Source: Candidatus Moraniibacteriota bacterium
GTDB lineage: Bacteria; Patescibacteriota; Minisyncoccia; Moranbacterales; UBA1568
Assembly: GCA_023261645.1 (NCBI GenBank)
Contig: JAHFOO010000001.1
Coordinates: 3,871 to 67,870, forward strand
Length of the DNA stretch: 64,000 bases
Direction of reading: 5' to 3'
Shown here: positions 27,313 through 36,716 of the stretch, one piece after another
Position numbering within the stretch: position 1 is the stretch's first letter
Layout: every line of letters starts with the position of its first letter
The notes under the pieces: model-generated
Told to the model about the DNA's origin: nothing
The model's database searches: none
What the model saw: the letters and a program-made list of their open reading frames with translations, nothing else
Position numbers and translations under genes: made by a program

Positions 27313-28728
27313 TCAAACTGGATAATAAAGACGCTCTTTAAGAACATTTAACTCTTCTTTCAGGCGTGGATGAGAGTCTTTATTTTTATTTATTTTTTCA
27401 AATGCGTGTAGAGCAGTCGTATGATCTCTTCCTCCAAAAATATCACCGATGGTTGAAAATGGAGTTTGGAGTTCAGTACGAAGAATATACATCATTACCT
27501 GGCGTGGATGAGAAATTTCCTTTTTTCTTCCTTTTTTTATAATATCTTCTTTGGTAATATTATAAAATTCAGTAATAACACGAAAAATATCATCAACTTG
27601 AAGTGTCTTTTTATTATTTTCAATAAGTTGAGAAAGTATTTTCCCTGTATTTTCCAGTGTAGGTGAAATTTTATGAAATTCACAGAAAGCGATGACTCGA
27701 TTGAGAGCTCCTTCAAGTTCACGGATATTTTGAGTGATATTTTCGGCGATAAAACGTATAGCAGGAGTGTCTATAATAAAGCTTTTTTCAGCAATTTTTG
27801 ATTCCAAAATAGCCACTCTTGTTTCAAAGTTTGGACGACTAATATCAGTGATCATACCACCTTCAAAACGTGAACGGAGACGCTCTTCAAGGGTGGGGAT
27901 GGCTTTTGGTGGTCGGTCACTTGATATGACAATTTGTTTATTGAGTTGATAGAGTGAGTTGAAAATATGGAAAAATTCGTTCTGGGTCTTTTCTCTCCCG
28001 GAAAGGAATTGAATATCATCAATAATAAGAAGATCCATCTGTTGATAATATTCTTTAAATTTATCTATTTTCTGATTTTTAATGGAATCTACGAGTTCCG
28101 TCGTAAAACGTTCTGAGTTGATGTATTTAATTCTTTTTTCAGGTGAATTCTTCACCACCTCATTTCCAATAGACTGAAGCAGATGAGTTTTTCCCAACCC
28201 AACACCCCCATAAATAAAAAGAGGGTTATAAGCCATACCGAGATTTTGTGAAACCGCATAGCAAGCTGCACGTGCAAGATCGTTATTTTCTGCAACGATG
28301 AAGTTCTCAAATGTGTATCGATTATTAAGGTTGGTTTCATGAAAAAGAGGAGTGGATGGACCTGATTCAGTAAAAAATGGTTTTTCAATCAGTTTCTTTC
28401 GGACAAATCCTGTGGTCTCAGGTGATTTTATAGCATCTATATTTTTAAGAGAATCTACGGTTGGCAGAGAAGAAGTGAATTTTTCAGGTGCAATAACACA
28501 GCGGATGGTTTGGATATCACCATTAATACCTTTAAGAGCACGTAAAATATAGAGATTATACTTGTTTTCAAGCCATTCTTTTGCAAAACCATTTGGTACA
28601 CCAATGGTTATAATTCCATCTTGATTACTAACAATACTCGTGTTTTTAAACCACGTAATAAAATTAGCACGAGAAATAGAGAGCTCCATTTGTCCTAAAA
28701 CAGCCTTCCATAACTCCTCGTTTGTCAT
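27313..28728 (-). CDS. dnaA: Chromosomal replication initiator DnaA
   Basis: GGVGLGKTHLLQSIGNE Walker A, the AAA+ sensor and a C-terminal DNA-binding domain. 471 aa. Confidence 0.9.
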   Translation of the reverse strand: MTNEELWKAVLGQMELSISRANFITWFKNTSIVSNQDGIITIGVPNGFAKEWLENKYNLYILRALKGINGDIQTIRCVIAPEKFTSSLPTVDSLKNIDAIKSPETTGFVRKKLIEKPFFTESGPSTPLFHETNLNNRYTFENFIVAENNDLARAACYAVSQNLGMAYNPLFIYGGVGLGKTHLLQSIGNEVVKNSPEKRIKYINSERFTTELVDSIKNQKIDKFKEYYQQMDLLIIDDIQFLSGREKTQNEFFHIFNSLYQLNKQIVISSDRPPKAIPTLEERLRSRFEGGMITDISRPNFETRVAILESKIAEKSFIIDTPAIRFIAENITQNIRELEGALNRVIAFCEFHKISPTLENTGKILSQLIENNKKTLQVDDIFRVITEFYNITKEDIIKKGRKKEISHPRQVMMYILRTELQTPFSTIGDIFGGRDHTTALHAFEKINKNKDSHPRLKEELNVLKERLYYPV

Positions 28729-28926
28729 AAAATAAAGCTATTATCAGAGAGTATAAAAACATCAAATGGAATTATATCACGGCTGTACGGGTCGGCATAG
28801 GGTGAAAAAGTGTGTGAAGTGTGGATAAGCGGTGTATAACAAGAGAAAAGGCTCCATCATTGACTTTCTTTCTTTTTCTGGTAGACTGGAAAAACATCCA
28901 ATGACTTAAAATCTAATGTTTATTAT
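28729..28926. promoter_or_regulatory. dnaA upstream region with DnaA box (second oriC half / dnaA autoregulation site)
   Basis: Perfect box TGTGGATAA at 28820-28828, between divergent dnaA and rpmH. Confidence 0.4.
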
Positions 28927-29067
28927 ATGCCAAAAAGAACCTATCAACCAAAAACCCTCAAACGTGCCAGACGACACGGTTTTCTCGAGAGAATGAATAC
29001 TGTCGGGGGAAGAAAAGTAGTGGCAAATCGTCGTAGAGATGGAAGAAAAAAATTGACGGTAGCGTAG
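28927..29067 (+). CDS. rpmH: 50S ribosomal protein L34
   Basis: Not in the track (46 aa). Translation [46 protein letters not shown] is canonical L34. Confidence 0.85.
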   Translation: MPKRTYQPKTLKRARRHGFLERMNTVGGRKVVANRRRDGRKKLTVA

Positions 29068-29070
29068 GAT

Positions 29071-29418
29071 ATGTTGAAAAAAGGCTTTCGTTTGCGAAAA
29101 AAAGAGGATTTTGATAGAGTCTTTCGCTTCGGTAAGCCTCTTTTTTTTGGAGAAGAAATTGGCTGTCGATATTTACTTGATGCTCCGTCGATACGATTAG
29201 GATTTTCTCTTGGTAAAAAATATCTTCCTTTGGCTACTGATCGGAACAGATTTCGAAGAATATTTTCTGAAGTGTTTTATAATCATCAAGAAGAGTGGCC
29301 AAAATCGGGAGATATACTCTTTTTCCTTGTAAAAAGGCCAAAAAAGGTGGATACTAAACAAACAGAGAAAATGATGCAAAATCTTTTTCAAACCATAAAC
29401 AAAAATCGTAAAGTATAA
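29071..29418 (+). CDS. rnpA: RNase P protein component
   Basis: Basic 115-aa protein, LRKKEDFDRVFRFGK...RNRFRR, immediately after rpmH. Confidence 0.8.
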   Translation: MLKKGFRLRKKEDFDRVFRFGKPLFFGEEIGCRYLLDAPSIRLGFSLGKKYLPLATDRNRFRRIFSEVFYNHQEEWPKSGDILFFLVKRPKKVDTKQTEKMMQNLFQTINKNRKV

Positions 29419-29424
29419 AACAAT

Positions 29425-30156
29425 ATGATGCATATCTTTGATATTTCTATCTACCAACCGCTCTATAATGCCCTTATATTCTTTTATAATGTCGTTCCAG
29501 GGTATGATTTCGGTGTGGCTATTATACTCACAACGCTTGTTCTGAAGTCCCTCTTGATACCTCTTTCCAAGAAGCAGATAGAATCGCAGAAAAAGATGCA
29601 GGAATTACAGCCACAAATCAAGGAACTGCAACAAAAACACAAAAATGATAAAGAGAAACAAACAAAGGCGTTGATGGAATTTTATAAAGAGCATAAAACA
29701 AACCCATTTTCCGGATGCCTCCCGCTTATTATCCAACTTGTATTTCTTATTGCCATCTATCGAGTGATTATTAATATATCTCGGGCTGGTTTTGTGGTTA
29801 ATCCAAGCGATTTATATGCATTCATACCTGATCCGGGCGAGATCAATCACCTTTTTCTTCATTTTATAGACTTGACGAAACCAAACTATGTTTTAGCGTT
29901 CTTTTCTGCTATTGCTCAGTATTTTCAAACAAAGATGCTTTTCCAGAACCAAAGTAAGACTGAAACTAAAAACACCCCTTCCTCCGAACCCGACTTTGCG
30001 ACTATAATGAATAAGCAGATGCTCTATTTGGGTCCAGGACTGACATTCTTTATCGGAGCGACATTCCCGGCCGCCTTGGCTCTCTACTGGCTCTTCTCGA
30101 CACTGTTTATGCTTTTTCAGCAGATGGTTATCTTTAAACCGAAACAAGAGAAATAA
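29425..30156 (+). CDS. yidC: Membrane protein insertase YidC (short form)
   Basis: GCLPLIIQLVFLIAIYRVI and a C-terminal basic tail. The order rnpA-yidC-jag is conserved. Confidence 0.85.
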   Translation: MMHIFDISIYQPLYNALIFFYNVVPGYDFGVAIILTTLVLKSLLIPLSKKQIESQKKMQELQPQIKELQQKHKNDKEKQTKALMEFYKEHKTNPFSGCLPLIIQLVFLIAIYRVIINISRAGFVVNPSDLYAFIPDPGEINHLFLHFIDLTKPNYVLAFFSAIAQYFQTKMLFQNQSKTETKNTPSSEPDFATIMNKQMLYLGPGLTFFIGATFPAALALYWLFSTLFMLFQQMVIFKPKQEK

Positions 30157-30159
30157 CGT

Positions 30160-30639
30160 ATGGACAAGACATACCAAAAAATTATCAAAGAAACTGTTCT
30201 CGAGTTGTTACAAAAGCTCGGTTTTGAAGCTTCCGTTGAAGTGATAGAAGAACAAGGAACTTCGAATATTTTTTTCTGTATGGCTCGCGTAGAGAAAGAT
30301 CAAAATTTTCTTATCGGTCAGTATGGGACGAATCTTGCCGCTGTCCAGCATCTCGTCCGTGTGATGCTTCGCAAGAAGATAGAAGAAAGAGTGAATATCG
30401 TGGTAGATGTGAATGATTATTTTCTTGAAAAAAAGGTGATACTCGAAAAAGAAGCGGAAAAAGTAGCCTTTGAAGTTTTGGAAAACAATATTTCTGTCGC
30501 TCTCCGCCCGATGCTTCCATACGAACGCAAGATAGTACACTCCTTTCTTGCAAAAAATCCGGATATCAGTACCGAGAGTATAGGAAAAGGTGAGGAAAGA
30601 AAAGTAATGATCAGCCCGAAAAGCAAAGAAAGTGAATAG
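30160..30639 (+). CDS. khpB: Jag/KhpB-family RNA-binding protein (KH + R3H)
   Basis: An R3H-like segment (ERKIVHSFLAKNPDISTESIGKGEERKV) at the C-terminus. Conserved position after yidC. Confidence 0.75.
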   Translation: MDKTYQKIIKETVLELLQKLGFEASVEVIEEQGTSNIFFCMARVEKDQNFLIGQYGTNLAAVQHLVRVMLRKKIEERVNIVVDVNDYFLEKKVILEKEAEKVAFEVLENNISVALRPMLPYERKIVHSFLAKNPDISTESIGKGEERKVMISPKSKESE

Positions 30640-30685
30640 GAAGTCTTGTTTGAGGGGTTTTTACAATGAAGTAAAATGAAAAGCA

Positions 30686-32152
30686 ATGGCTCTCGCACAT
30701 AAAATTGCTTATAACGTTGTTTTCAATTCTTTTTTGAAAGTATTTTCAACGGTAGCCCTTTCTCTCTATTCGATTCGTTTGATTACCGGATATCTTGGAC
30801 AGGATGGTTTTGGCAAGTATTCGACCGTACTCGCCTTTTTCGCCTTTTTCTCCGCTTTGGCTGATTTGGGACTGAGTTCAGTAACAGCTCGTGAGATTTC
30901 TCGTGAAGGAGCTGACGAAAGCAAGATTTTAAGCAAGGTTCTCTCCTTACGACTGACATCCTCCTTTGTTGTTTTCTTACTGGCACCATTTTTGGTAATA
31001 TTTTTTGATTATCCGCTTGACCTGAAAATCGGTATTTTCATTGCTGCCGGAGCGATTCTCTTTTCCACGCTTTCATTGATGCTGAACGGTATTTTTCAGA
31101 AACGTGTGGCGATGGACAAAGTCGCTCTGGTAGAATTTCTTGGAAAACTTTTTCAGGTAGGTATAGTCATCCTTGTTGTAAGAGAAAATCTTGGTTTTCT
31201 CGCTATCGTTTCAACTCTCCTGGCATCACTTTCTTTCAACGCCCTCGTCGTTTTTTTTCTGAGCCGACGTTTCGTCCAATTTTCTCCAAAGATTGACTAT
31301 GCTTATTGGAAGAAATTTCTCCATGAGTCTCTGCCGATGGGTGTTACTGCCATCATCACCTTTACCTATTTCAAAATGGATACCATCCTTCTTTCCATCC
31401 TCCAAACGAGTTCTCATGTGGGTATCTACAATGTCGCCTATAAAGTTATGGAGAATCTTATCTTTTTCCCAGCGATGCTTGCCGGGCTGATTCTCCCACT
31501 TCTTTCACGATTTATTTACACCAACCGAAAACACTTTGAAGATATCGCCAACAAGACATTCAAAGTTTTTGTCATCATTGTCGTACCAATCGTAGCCGGC
31601 ACATGGTTTTTATCTGGAGACATCATTCGTATTGTGAGTGGAGATGCTTTCCTTGAATCCGCCCCCGTTCTGAGAATTCTTATTTTTGCGCTGGGCTTTA
31701 TTTTCTTTGGAAACTTCTTCAATATGTTACTTGTAGTCGGTAACGCTCAAAAAAAGCTTATGCAGACGCTTTTTTTCGTCGCCATCTTCAATCTTCTTTT
31801 GAATGCTTTTCTCATTCCACGTTTTTCCTACACAGGAGCAGCTTTTGCCTCGCTTGCGACAGAGATGTTTGTTGTCATAGCGACGAGCTTCCTTGTCTAT
31901 AAATATATCCACTATATCCCTTCTTTCGAAAGTGTCGGAAAGATTCTTCTCTCCGGAACAGTGATGGGCGTTATTCTTTTCTTTCTTTCCCCACACTCAT
32001 TTTTTCTTTCCGGCATAGGCGGAGTCGGTGCATATATTGGGATGTTGTGGTTGACGAAAGCGATCAGTTCGGAGGAAATTACGAGCCTTTTCCAGAAAGA
32101 GGAAGAAGTCCTTTTTTCTCCTGTTGAACCCATAGAAACACTGAATCCATAG
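30686..32152 (+). CDS. Wzx/PST-family polysaccharide flippase
   Basis: 488 aa, about 12-14 TM helices. GKYSTVLAFFAFFSALADLGLSSVTAREISR is a PST-family motif. Confidence 0.7.
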   Translation: MALAHKIAYNVVFNSFLKVFSTVALSLYSIRLITGYLGQDGFGKYSTVLAFFAFFSALADLGLSSVTAREISREGADESKILSKVLSLRLTSSFVVFLLAPFLVIFFDYPLDLKIGIFIAAGAILFSTLSLMLNGIFQKRVAMDKVALVEFLGKLFQVGIVILVVRENLGFLAIVSTLLASLSFNALVVFFLSRRFVQFSPKIDYAYWKKFLHESLPMGVTAIITFTYFKMDTILLSILQTSSHVGIYNVAYKVMENLIFFPAMLAGLILPLLSRFIYTNRKHFEDIANKTFKVFVIIVVPIVAGTWFLSGDIIRIVSGDAFLESAPVLRILIFALGFIFFGNFFNMLLVVGNAQKKLMQTLFFVAIFNLLLNAFLIPRFSYTGAAFASLATEMFVVIATSFLVYKYIHYIPSFESVGKILLSGTVMGVILFFLSPHSFFLSGIGGVGAYIGMLWLTKAISSEEITSLFQKEEEVLFSPVEPIETLNP

Positions 32153-32231
32153 GGAGGTGTATTTTGAAGATAAAAATAGTTTGCTCTGAAATGATTTTGT
32201 CAAAAAAAATATAGATGAGTAACAAGGTTTT

Positions 32232-33098
32232 ATGACAAGTGTTCCTCGGGTAGGTATCATCGTTTTGAATTATAACGGGGACAAATGTCTGCCCTCTTGC
32301 CTTGCTTCTCTTGATCAGCTCGCCTATTCCAACAAAGAAATTATCGTAGTTGACAATGGTTCTTCCGATGATTCATTCTCTCGGGCAGGGAAGTCTTTCC
32401 CGCAGTTCACATTCGTACGTAATGGAAAGAATGAAGGATTCGCGAAAGGGATGAATATCGGGATGCGGCTGGCTTTTCTGCATAATGCGGACTGGTGTCT
32501 GCTTTTTAATTATGATGCGGAAATCGATATGCAGGCACTCTCTTCCCTTATGGTTGTTGCTGAGAAACATCCACGCGCCGGGCTTCTCAGTCCTATGATA
32601 TACGAAAAAGGAAGCAACCATCTTTGGTTTGGAAAAGGTAGGATAAAATTCTTACGTATGAGAGCAATACACGAAGAACCTTCTTCAGAAGATCTTGCAG
32701 CAGAAAGCTACCGAAGCGAATTTCTTACAGGATGTGCGCTTCTGATAAAAAAAGAAGTGACTATCGCTATTGGTCTGCTTGATGAACGCTTTTTCCTCTA
32801 CTATGAGGATGCTGATTATTCTTTACGGGCGACAGAGGCTGGGTTCGAGAATCTTGTCGTGCCACGGGCACGAGTGTGGCATAGTGAGGAAAGCAAGACC
32901 AACCCTAAGAAAACATACTTCCTCGTGTATTCAGGGCTTCTTTTCTTCAAAAAGCATACCCCGCTTCTTTTGCGACCATATATGGCGCTGTATGTTACAA
33001 TACGGAGGGTAAAAAACTCTCTGGATAGGGTATTTTGGAGAGAAAGTACTGTCGAAGAGGTTCACCTTGCGTATGAACAATTCTTTTATGAACACTAA
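32232..33098 (+). CDS. Glycosyltransferase family 2
   Basis: VGIIVLNYNGDKCLPSCLASL...IIVVDNGSSDDS, FAKGMNIGM and a DxD-like YYEDADYS. Confidence 0.8.
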   Translation: MTSVPRVGIIVLNYNGDKCLPSCLASLDQLAYSNKEIIVVDNGSSDDSFSRAGKSFPQFTFVRNGKNEGFAKGMNIGMRLAFLHNADWCLLFNYDAEIDMQALSSLMVVAEKHPRAGLLSPMIYEKGSNHLWFGKGRIKFLRMRAIHEEPSSEDLAAESYRSEFLTGCALLIKKEVTIAIGLLDERFFLYYEDADYSLRATEAGFENLVVPRARVWHSEESKTNPKKTYFLVYSGLLFFKKHTPLLLRPYMALYVTIRRVKNSLDRVFWRESTVEEVHLAYEQFFYEH

Positions 33099-33891
33099 TC
33101 CTTGCATCTCTCTCGTTTTCGTGAACTATCGAAGTGTTCAATATCTCAGAAAGGCTTTGGAGAGCCTTTTTTCTTTTGAAACAGAAAAAGATCTTTTTGA
33201 AGTGATTATTGTGAACAATGATCAGGCAGAACGGTCTGCTCTTGAGGAATTGAAACAAATATTTCCCCTTCTTTTAATAGGAGACGGTAAGAATGTCGGA
33301 TTCGGTTGTGGTAGTAACATCGGAGCGAGACAGGCACGCGGGAGTATTATAGGATTTATCAACCCGGATATTCTCTGGATAGGAACTCATTTATACGGCA
33401 TAGCGGGTATTTTTAATGAAAAAAAGAAATTAGGTATACTTGGTATGAGGATGCTTGATATCGATAGAAAAGAAGAGACTTGGAGTGTCGGCAAGGAACC
33501 GAGTCTGGTGAATCTTTTTTGTAATAATATTTTTCCATTGCGTCAGGCGAGGTGGACAAGGCAAGAAGTTTCTTTTCCGGATTGGGTCAGTGGCGGAGCA
33601 CTCTTCATACGGAAAGACCTCTTCCACGCTGTCGGAGGTTTTGATGAGCGCTTCTTTCTTTATTTTGAAGATGTCGATCTTTGCAAAAAAGTTCGTACAC
33701 TCGGTTTTTCTGTCGAACGTCATACGGAATATTCTCTTATCCATCTTGGTGGAAAAAGCAGGACCTCAGTACGGCTTCAAAAGAAACATTTCTATATTTC
33801 TCAAAAGAAGTATTTTAAAAAGTATCGGCCGATATGGGAAAGTACAATACTTCGAATACTACAGTTTTTTTTCTGTACGAATAGAATATGA
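33073..33891 (+). CDS. Glycosyltransferase family 2 (second copy)
   Basis: ISLVFVNYRS...IIVNNDQAE, GFGCGSNIG and YFEDVDLC. The start ATG at 33073 overlaps the upstream gene's end. Confidence 0.75.
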   Translation: MNNSFMNTNPCISLVFVNYRSVQYLRKALESLFSFETEKDLFEVIIVNNDQAERSALEELKQIFPLLLIGDGKNVGFGCGSNIGARQARGSIIGFINPDILWIGTHLYGIAGIFNEKKKLGILGMRMLDIDRKEETWSVGKEPSLVNLFCNNIFPLRQARWTRQEVSFPDWVSGGALFIRKDLFHAVGGFDERFFLYFEDVDLCKKVRTLGFSVERHTEYSLIHLGGKSRTSVRLQKKHFYISQKKYFKKYRPIWESTILRILQFFFCTNRI

Positions 33892-35153
33892 GTATGTTTG
33901 AAAAAATAATCCTTTTCTTCCTTTTCTTTCTCCCTTTCCAATTCGCCCTACATCCGACCGAGGGAATTGATTTGGCTTTGATTCGCGTGCTGGCCATAGG
34001 AATTTTTCTTTTATGGGGAATGAGGAGTCTTTTGAGAAAAAAAATTATCGTGCCGAAGCCACTGACACTCTTCTTTTTTTCAGCCTATCTTCTGTGGGCG
34101 ACAGCTTCAATTTTGTGGGCAGAAAACCCTGATTGGGCGTTTCGGAAAGTTGCATTTTTATTCTCTTTCTTTCCACTCTTTCTTGTTTTCTTCGCAACAC
34201 TCCGCCAGGTCGCCTTTCGAGAAAAAGCCCTGAAAGCTTTGGCAGGCGGTGCCATCATAAGTGCTATTCTCGCTCTGATACAATTTTTTTCACAGTTTGT
34301 TTTCGGCGTAGAAAAAGTATTCGCTTTTTGGGTAAGAGAAATACTGCCCTTTTTTCTCGGTCCGACTTTCAGTACCACGGTAGCAGAATATCCAAGTCTC
34401 TTGGTGAATATCTCCGGTAATACCATTATGAGGGCGATAAGTTTTTTTCCGGATCCGCATATGTTTTCTTTTTTTCTTGGAATGTCGCTTCCTCTTATCA
34501 TCGCTCTTTCTTTGAAGAATAAATCAGGGAAATGGTATGTCTGGACTATTGGTGCAGGGGTAGTTTTCTTGGCAGATATATTCACTTTCTCGCGAGGAGG
34601 ATATGTCGGATTGATTTTTGGTGCAGTCGCATTTTCTCTTTCGCTTTTTTTACGATCTTTCCAATGGAAAAAACAGATGCTTCGAGTGGGAATAGTGGTA
34701 CTTGTTCTCTCTGGTGTGGTATTTTTCAGTCCGGTAGGAACACGTCTCTTCTCGAGTTTTTCGCAAAGTGATACTTCAAATATTGAGCGTCTCCGTCTGT
34801 GGCGAGAAGCCGTAGTCTTTATCCTTGAAAATCCGATTTTTGGAACGGGCCTTGGAAACTACCCTCTTTTCATCAAGCCAAGTGCGGATTATCGGGAGCC
34901 TATCTATGCTCATAATTTATATTTGGATATAGCCTCAGAATCCGGACTCGTCGGACTTTTCTTTTTCTGCGGATTTCTTTTCTCTGGTATTTTTTCTTCT
35001 TGGAAAAAATGGAGGAGAGAGCAGAATATTTTCTGGTTGGCATCTTTTTCCTCACTCATTATTTTTTCCGTTCACGCCTTCTTTGAAACACCTCTTTTTT
35101 CCGTGCATATACTCCCGCTCCTTCTTTTTCTGATAGCTCTCTGTGTATTATAA
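33888..35153 (+). CDS. O-antigen ligase/polymerase family (Wzy_C) membrane protein
   Basis: Polytopic, with the Wzy_C signature RLRLWREAVVFILENPIFGTGLGNY. Confidence 0.65.
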   Translation: MSMFEKIILFFLFFLPFQFALHPTEGIDLALIRVLAIGIFLLWGMRSLLRKKIIVPKPLTLFFFSAYLLWATASILWAENPDWAFRKVAFLFSFFPLFLVFFATLRQVAFREKALKALAGGAIISAILALIQFFSQFVFGVEKVFAFWVREILPFFLGPTFSTTVAEYPSLLVNISGNTIMRAISFFPDPHMFSFFLGMSLPLIIALSLKNKSGKWYVWTIGAGVVFLADIFTFSRGGYVGLIFGAVAFSLSLFLRSFQWKKQMLRVGIVVLVLSGVVFFSPVGTRLFSSFSQSDTSNIERLRLWREAVVFILENPIFGTGLGNYPLFIKPSADYREPIYAHNLYLDIASESGLVGLFFFCGFLFSGIFSSWKKWRREQNIFWLASFSSLIIFSVHAFFETPLFSVHILPLLLFLIALCVL

Positions 35154-35215
35154 TAAGAAGAGATTGATGGCATCCCTCAAATTTTCCAGACGTCTTTATT
35201 ATCAATTACTGTCGT

Positions 35216-36463
35216 ATGCCGAAAGAAAAATCCATCATTCAAATCTGTATTGCGGTGAGTATTCTGCTTCTCCCTGTGGCACACTGGAAAACGATTCTTT
35301 TCGGTATCCCTCTTTATAGTGTTGAAATACCGGTAGTAGTAGCTTTCGTGGTTTATTTATACGGATGGTGGCGGGATATCTTTGTCCTTCCTGGACGCAT
35401 CAATTTCCGTAACCCACTCATTCTTGGGATAGGAGCATTTTTTCTTGGTGCCGTGCTTTCTTTTTCCTTCAACCCATTCTCTTGGACTGGACTTGGAATG
35501 ATAAAAACATGGTTTGTTGTACCACTCCTTGCTGTATGGCTCTGGCTTGAAACAAAGCCGGATAAACGAGAAATAGAACGGATAGTGTTTGTTTGGCTCT
35601 GTGTCACAGGAGTGGTTTCCTTGGCGAGCCTCGGATATTGGTTGCAGGATATGCTGACATTTGACGGTCGCCTCCGCGCTTGGTACTCATCTCCGAATTA
35701 TCTTGCTTCCTTTGTGGTTCCAGGAATACTCTTTGCTTATTATTTCGCTTTCCATCCGAGCATTTCGAGGAAAAAGGTTTTTCAGGGACTTCTCTTCCTT
35801 ACCTTTCTTCTTCTGACAATCACGCTTTTCTTGACGCATTCATACGCGGTGTGGGCGAGTGTCGTCGTAGCAGAATGTATTTTTCTTTTTTTTGATACGA
35901 CGATTTTTTCTCGGAAAAAAAAAGAAGCCATTTTGTTCCTGCTTATAGCCATTGTCGGGATTTTTATTTTTTCCGAAGCAGGAAGCGAAAAATGGCAAGC
36001 TATTGTTTCTTTGCAAGATCGATCATCTTTGGCTTCCCGGTTGATCATATGGAATGTTGCGACAGAAATTATTTCTTTCCATCCTCTTTTCGGCATCGGC
36101 ATCGGTCGATTCCAAGAAGTATATCTTTCTTTTCAATCGTTCTTCCCGCCGTATCTGGAGTGGGCGGTGCCACAGCCACACAATCTTTATCTGGCTGTAT
36201 GGTTGCAGACAGGACTCATCGGTCTTTCTGGTTTTGTCTTGCTTTGCATAATATGGTTGAAACAACTCTTCATACTTCAGAAATCACCAAATGAAGATGC
36301 TGGGAGAAGAAGACTGAGCACCCTTTTTATTTCGATGCTTTCCCTTTTTCTTCTTCTTGGCTTGGTCGACACACCATTTTTCAAGACCGATCTGGCATTT
36401 TCTTTTTGGTTCCTTATTGCTTTGGGTATAAGTCTTGCTGAAAAACAGACAAATATTGAGTAA
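35216..36463 (+). CDS. O-antigen ligase/polymerase family (Wzy_C) membrane protein, tandem paralogue
   Basis: Wzy_C signature RLIIWNVATEIISFHPLFGIGIGRFQ. Confidence 0.65.
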   Translation: MPKEKSIIQICIAVSILLLPVAHWKTILFGIPLYSVEIPVVVAFVVYLYGWWRDIFVLPGRINFRNPLILGIGAFFLGAVLSFSFNPFSWTGLGMIKTWFVVPLLAVWLWLETKPDKREIERIVFVWLCVTGVVSLASLGYWLQDMLTFDGRLRAWYSSPNYLASFVVPGILFAYYFAFHPSISRKKVFQGLLFLTFLLLTITLFLTHSYAVWASVVVAECIFLFFDTTIFSRKKKEAILFLLIAIVGIFIFSEAGSEKWQAIVSLQDRSSLASRLIIWNVATEIISFHPLFGIGIGRFQEVYLSFQSFFPPYLEWAVPQPHNLYLAVWLQTGLIGLSGFVLLCIIWLKQLFILQKSPNEDAGRRRLSTLFISMLSLFLLLGLVDTPFFKTDLAFSFWFLIALGISLAEKQTNIE

Positions 36464-36496
36464 GAGAAGCGTTGTTTGTTCTCTGGATAGTAAGGC

Positions 36497-36525
36497 TTGC
36501 CAAAAAAGACAATATCGTATATACT
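36497..36525 (+). promoter_or_regulatory. Sigma-70-like promoter (TTGCCA, 17 nt, TATACT) with long rpsA leader
   Basis: A leader of about 185 nt contains a hairpin (ACACC/GGTGT followed by TTTTT) at about 36613-36642. This may be an attenuator or an S1 autoregulatory structure. Confidence 0.4.
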
Positions 36526-36716
36526 AGTCAGAGCTTGAGAATATTTGAGGTAATTAGATTAACACAACTGAATACGAAGATGGTTCAATCTTCATTTCCG
36601 CAGTCGTTTCTCTAAAACACCCGAATATAATGGTGTTTTTTGCTTTTATAGAAGGTTTTTGCTCATTTAATTCTTTATCGCGAGTGAGAGCATACTCGCA
36701 ACATCGAAATACGTTT

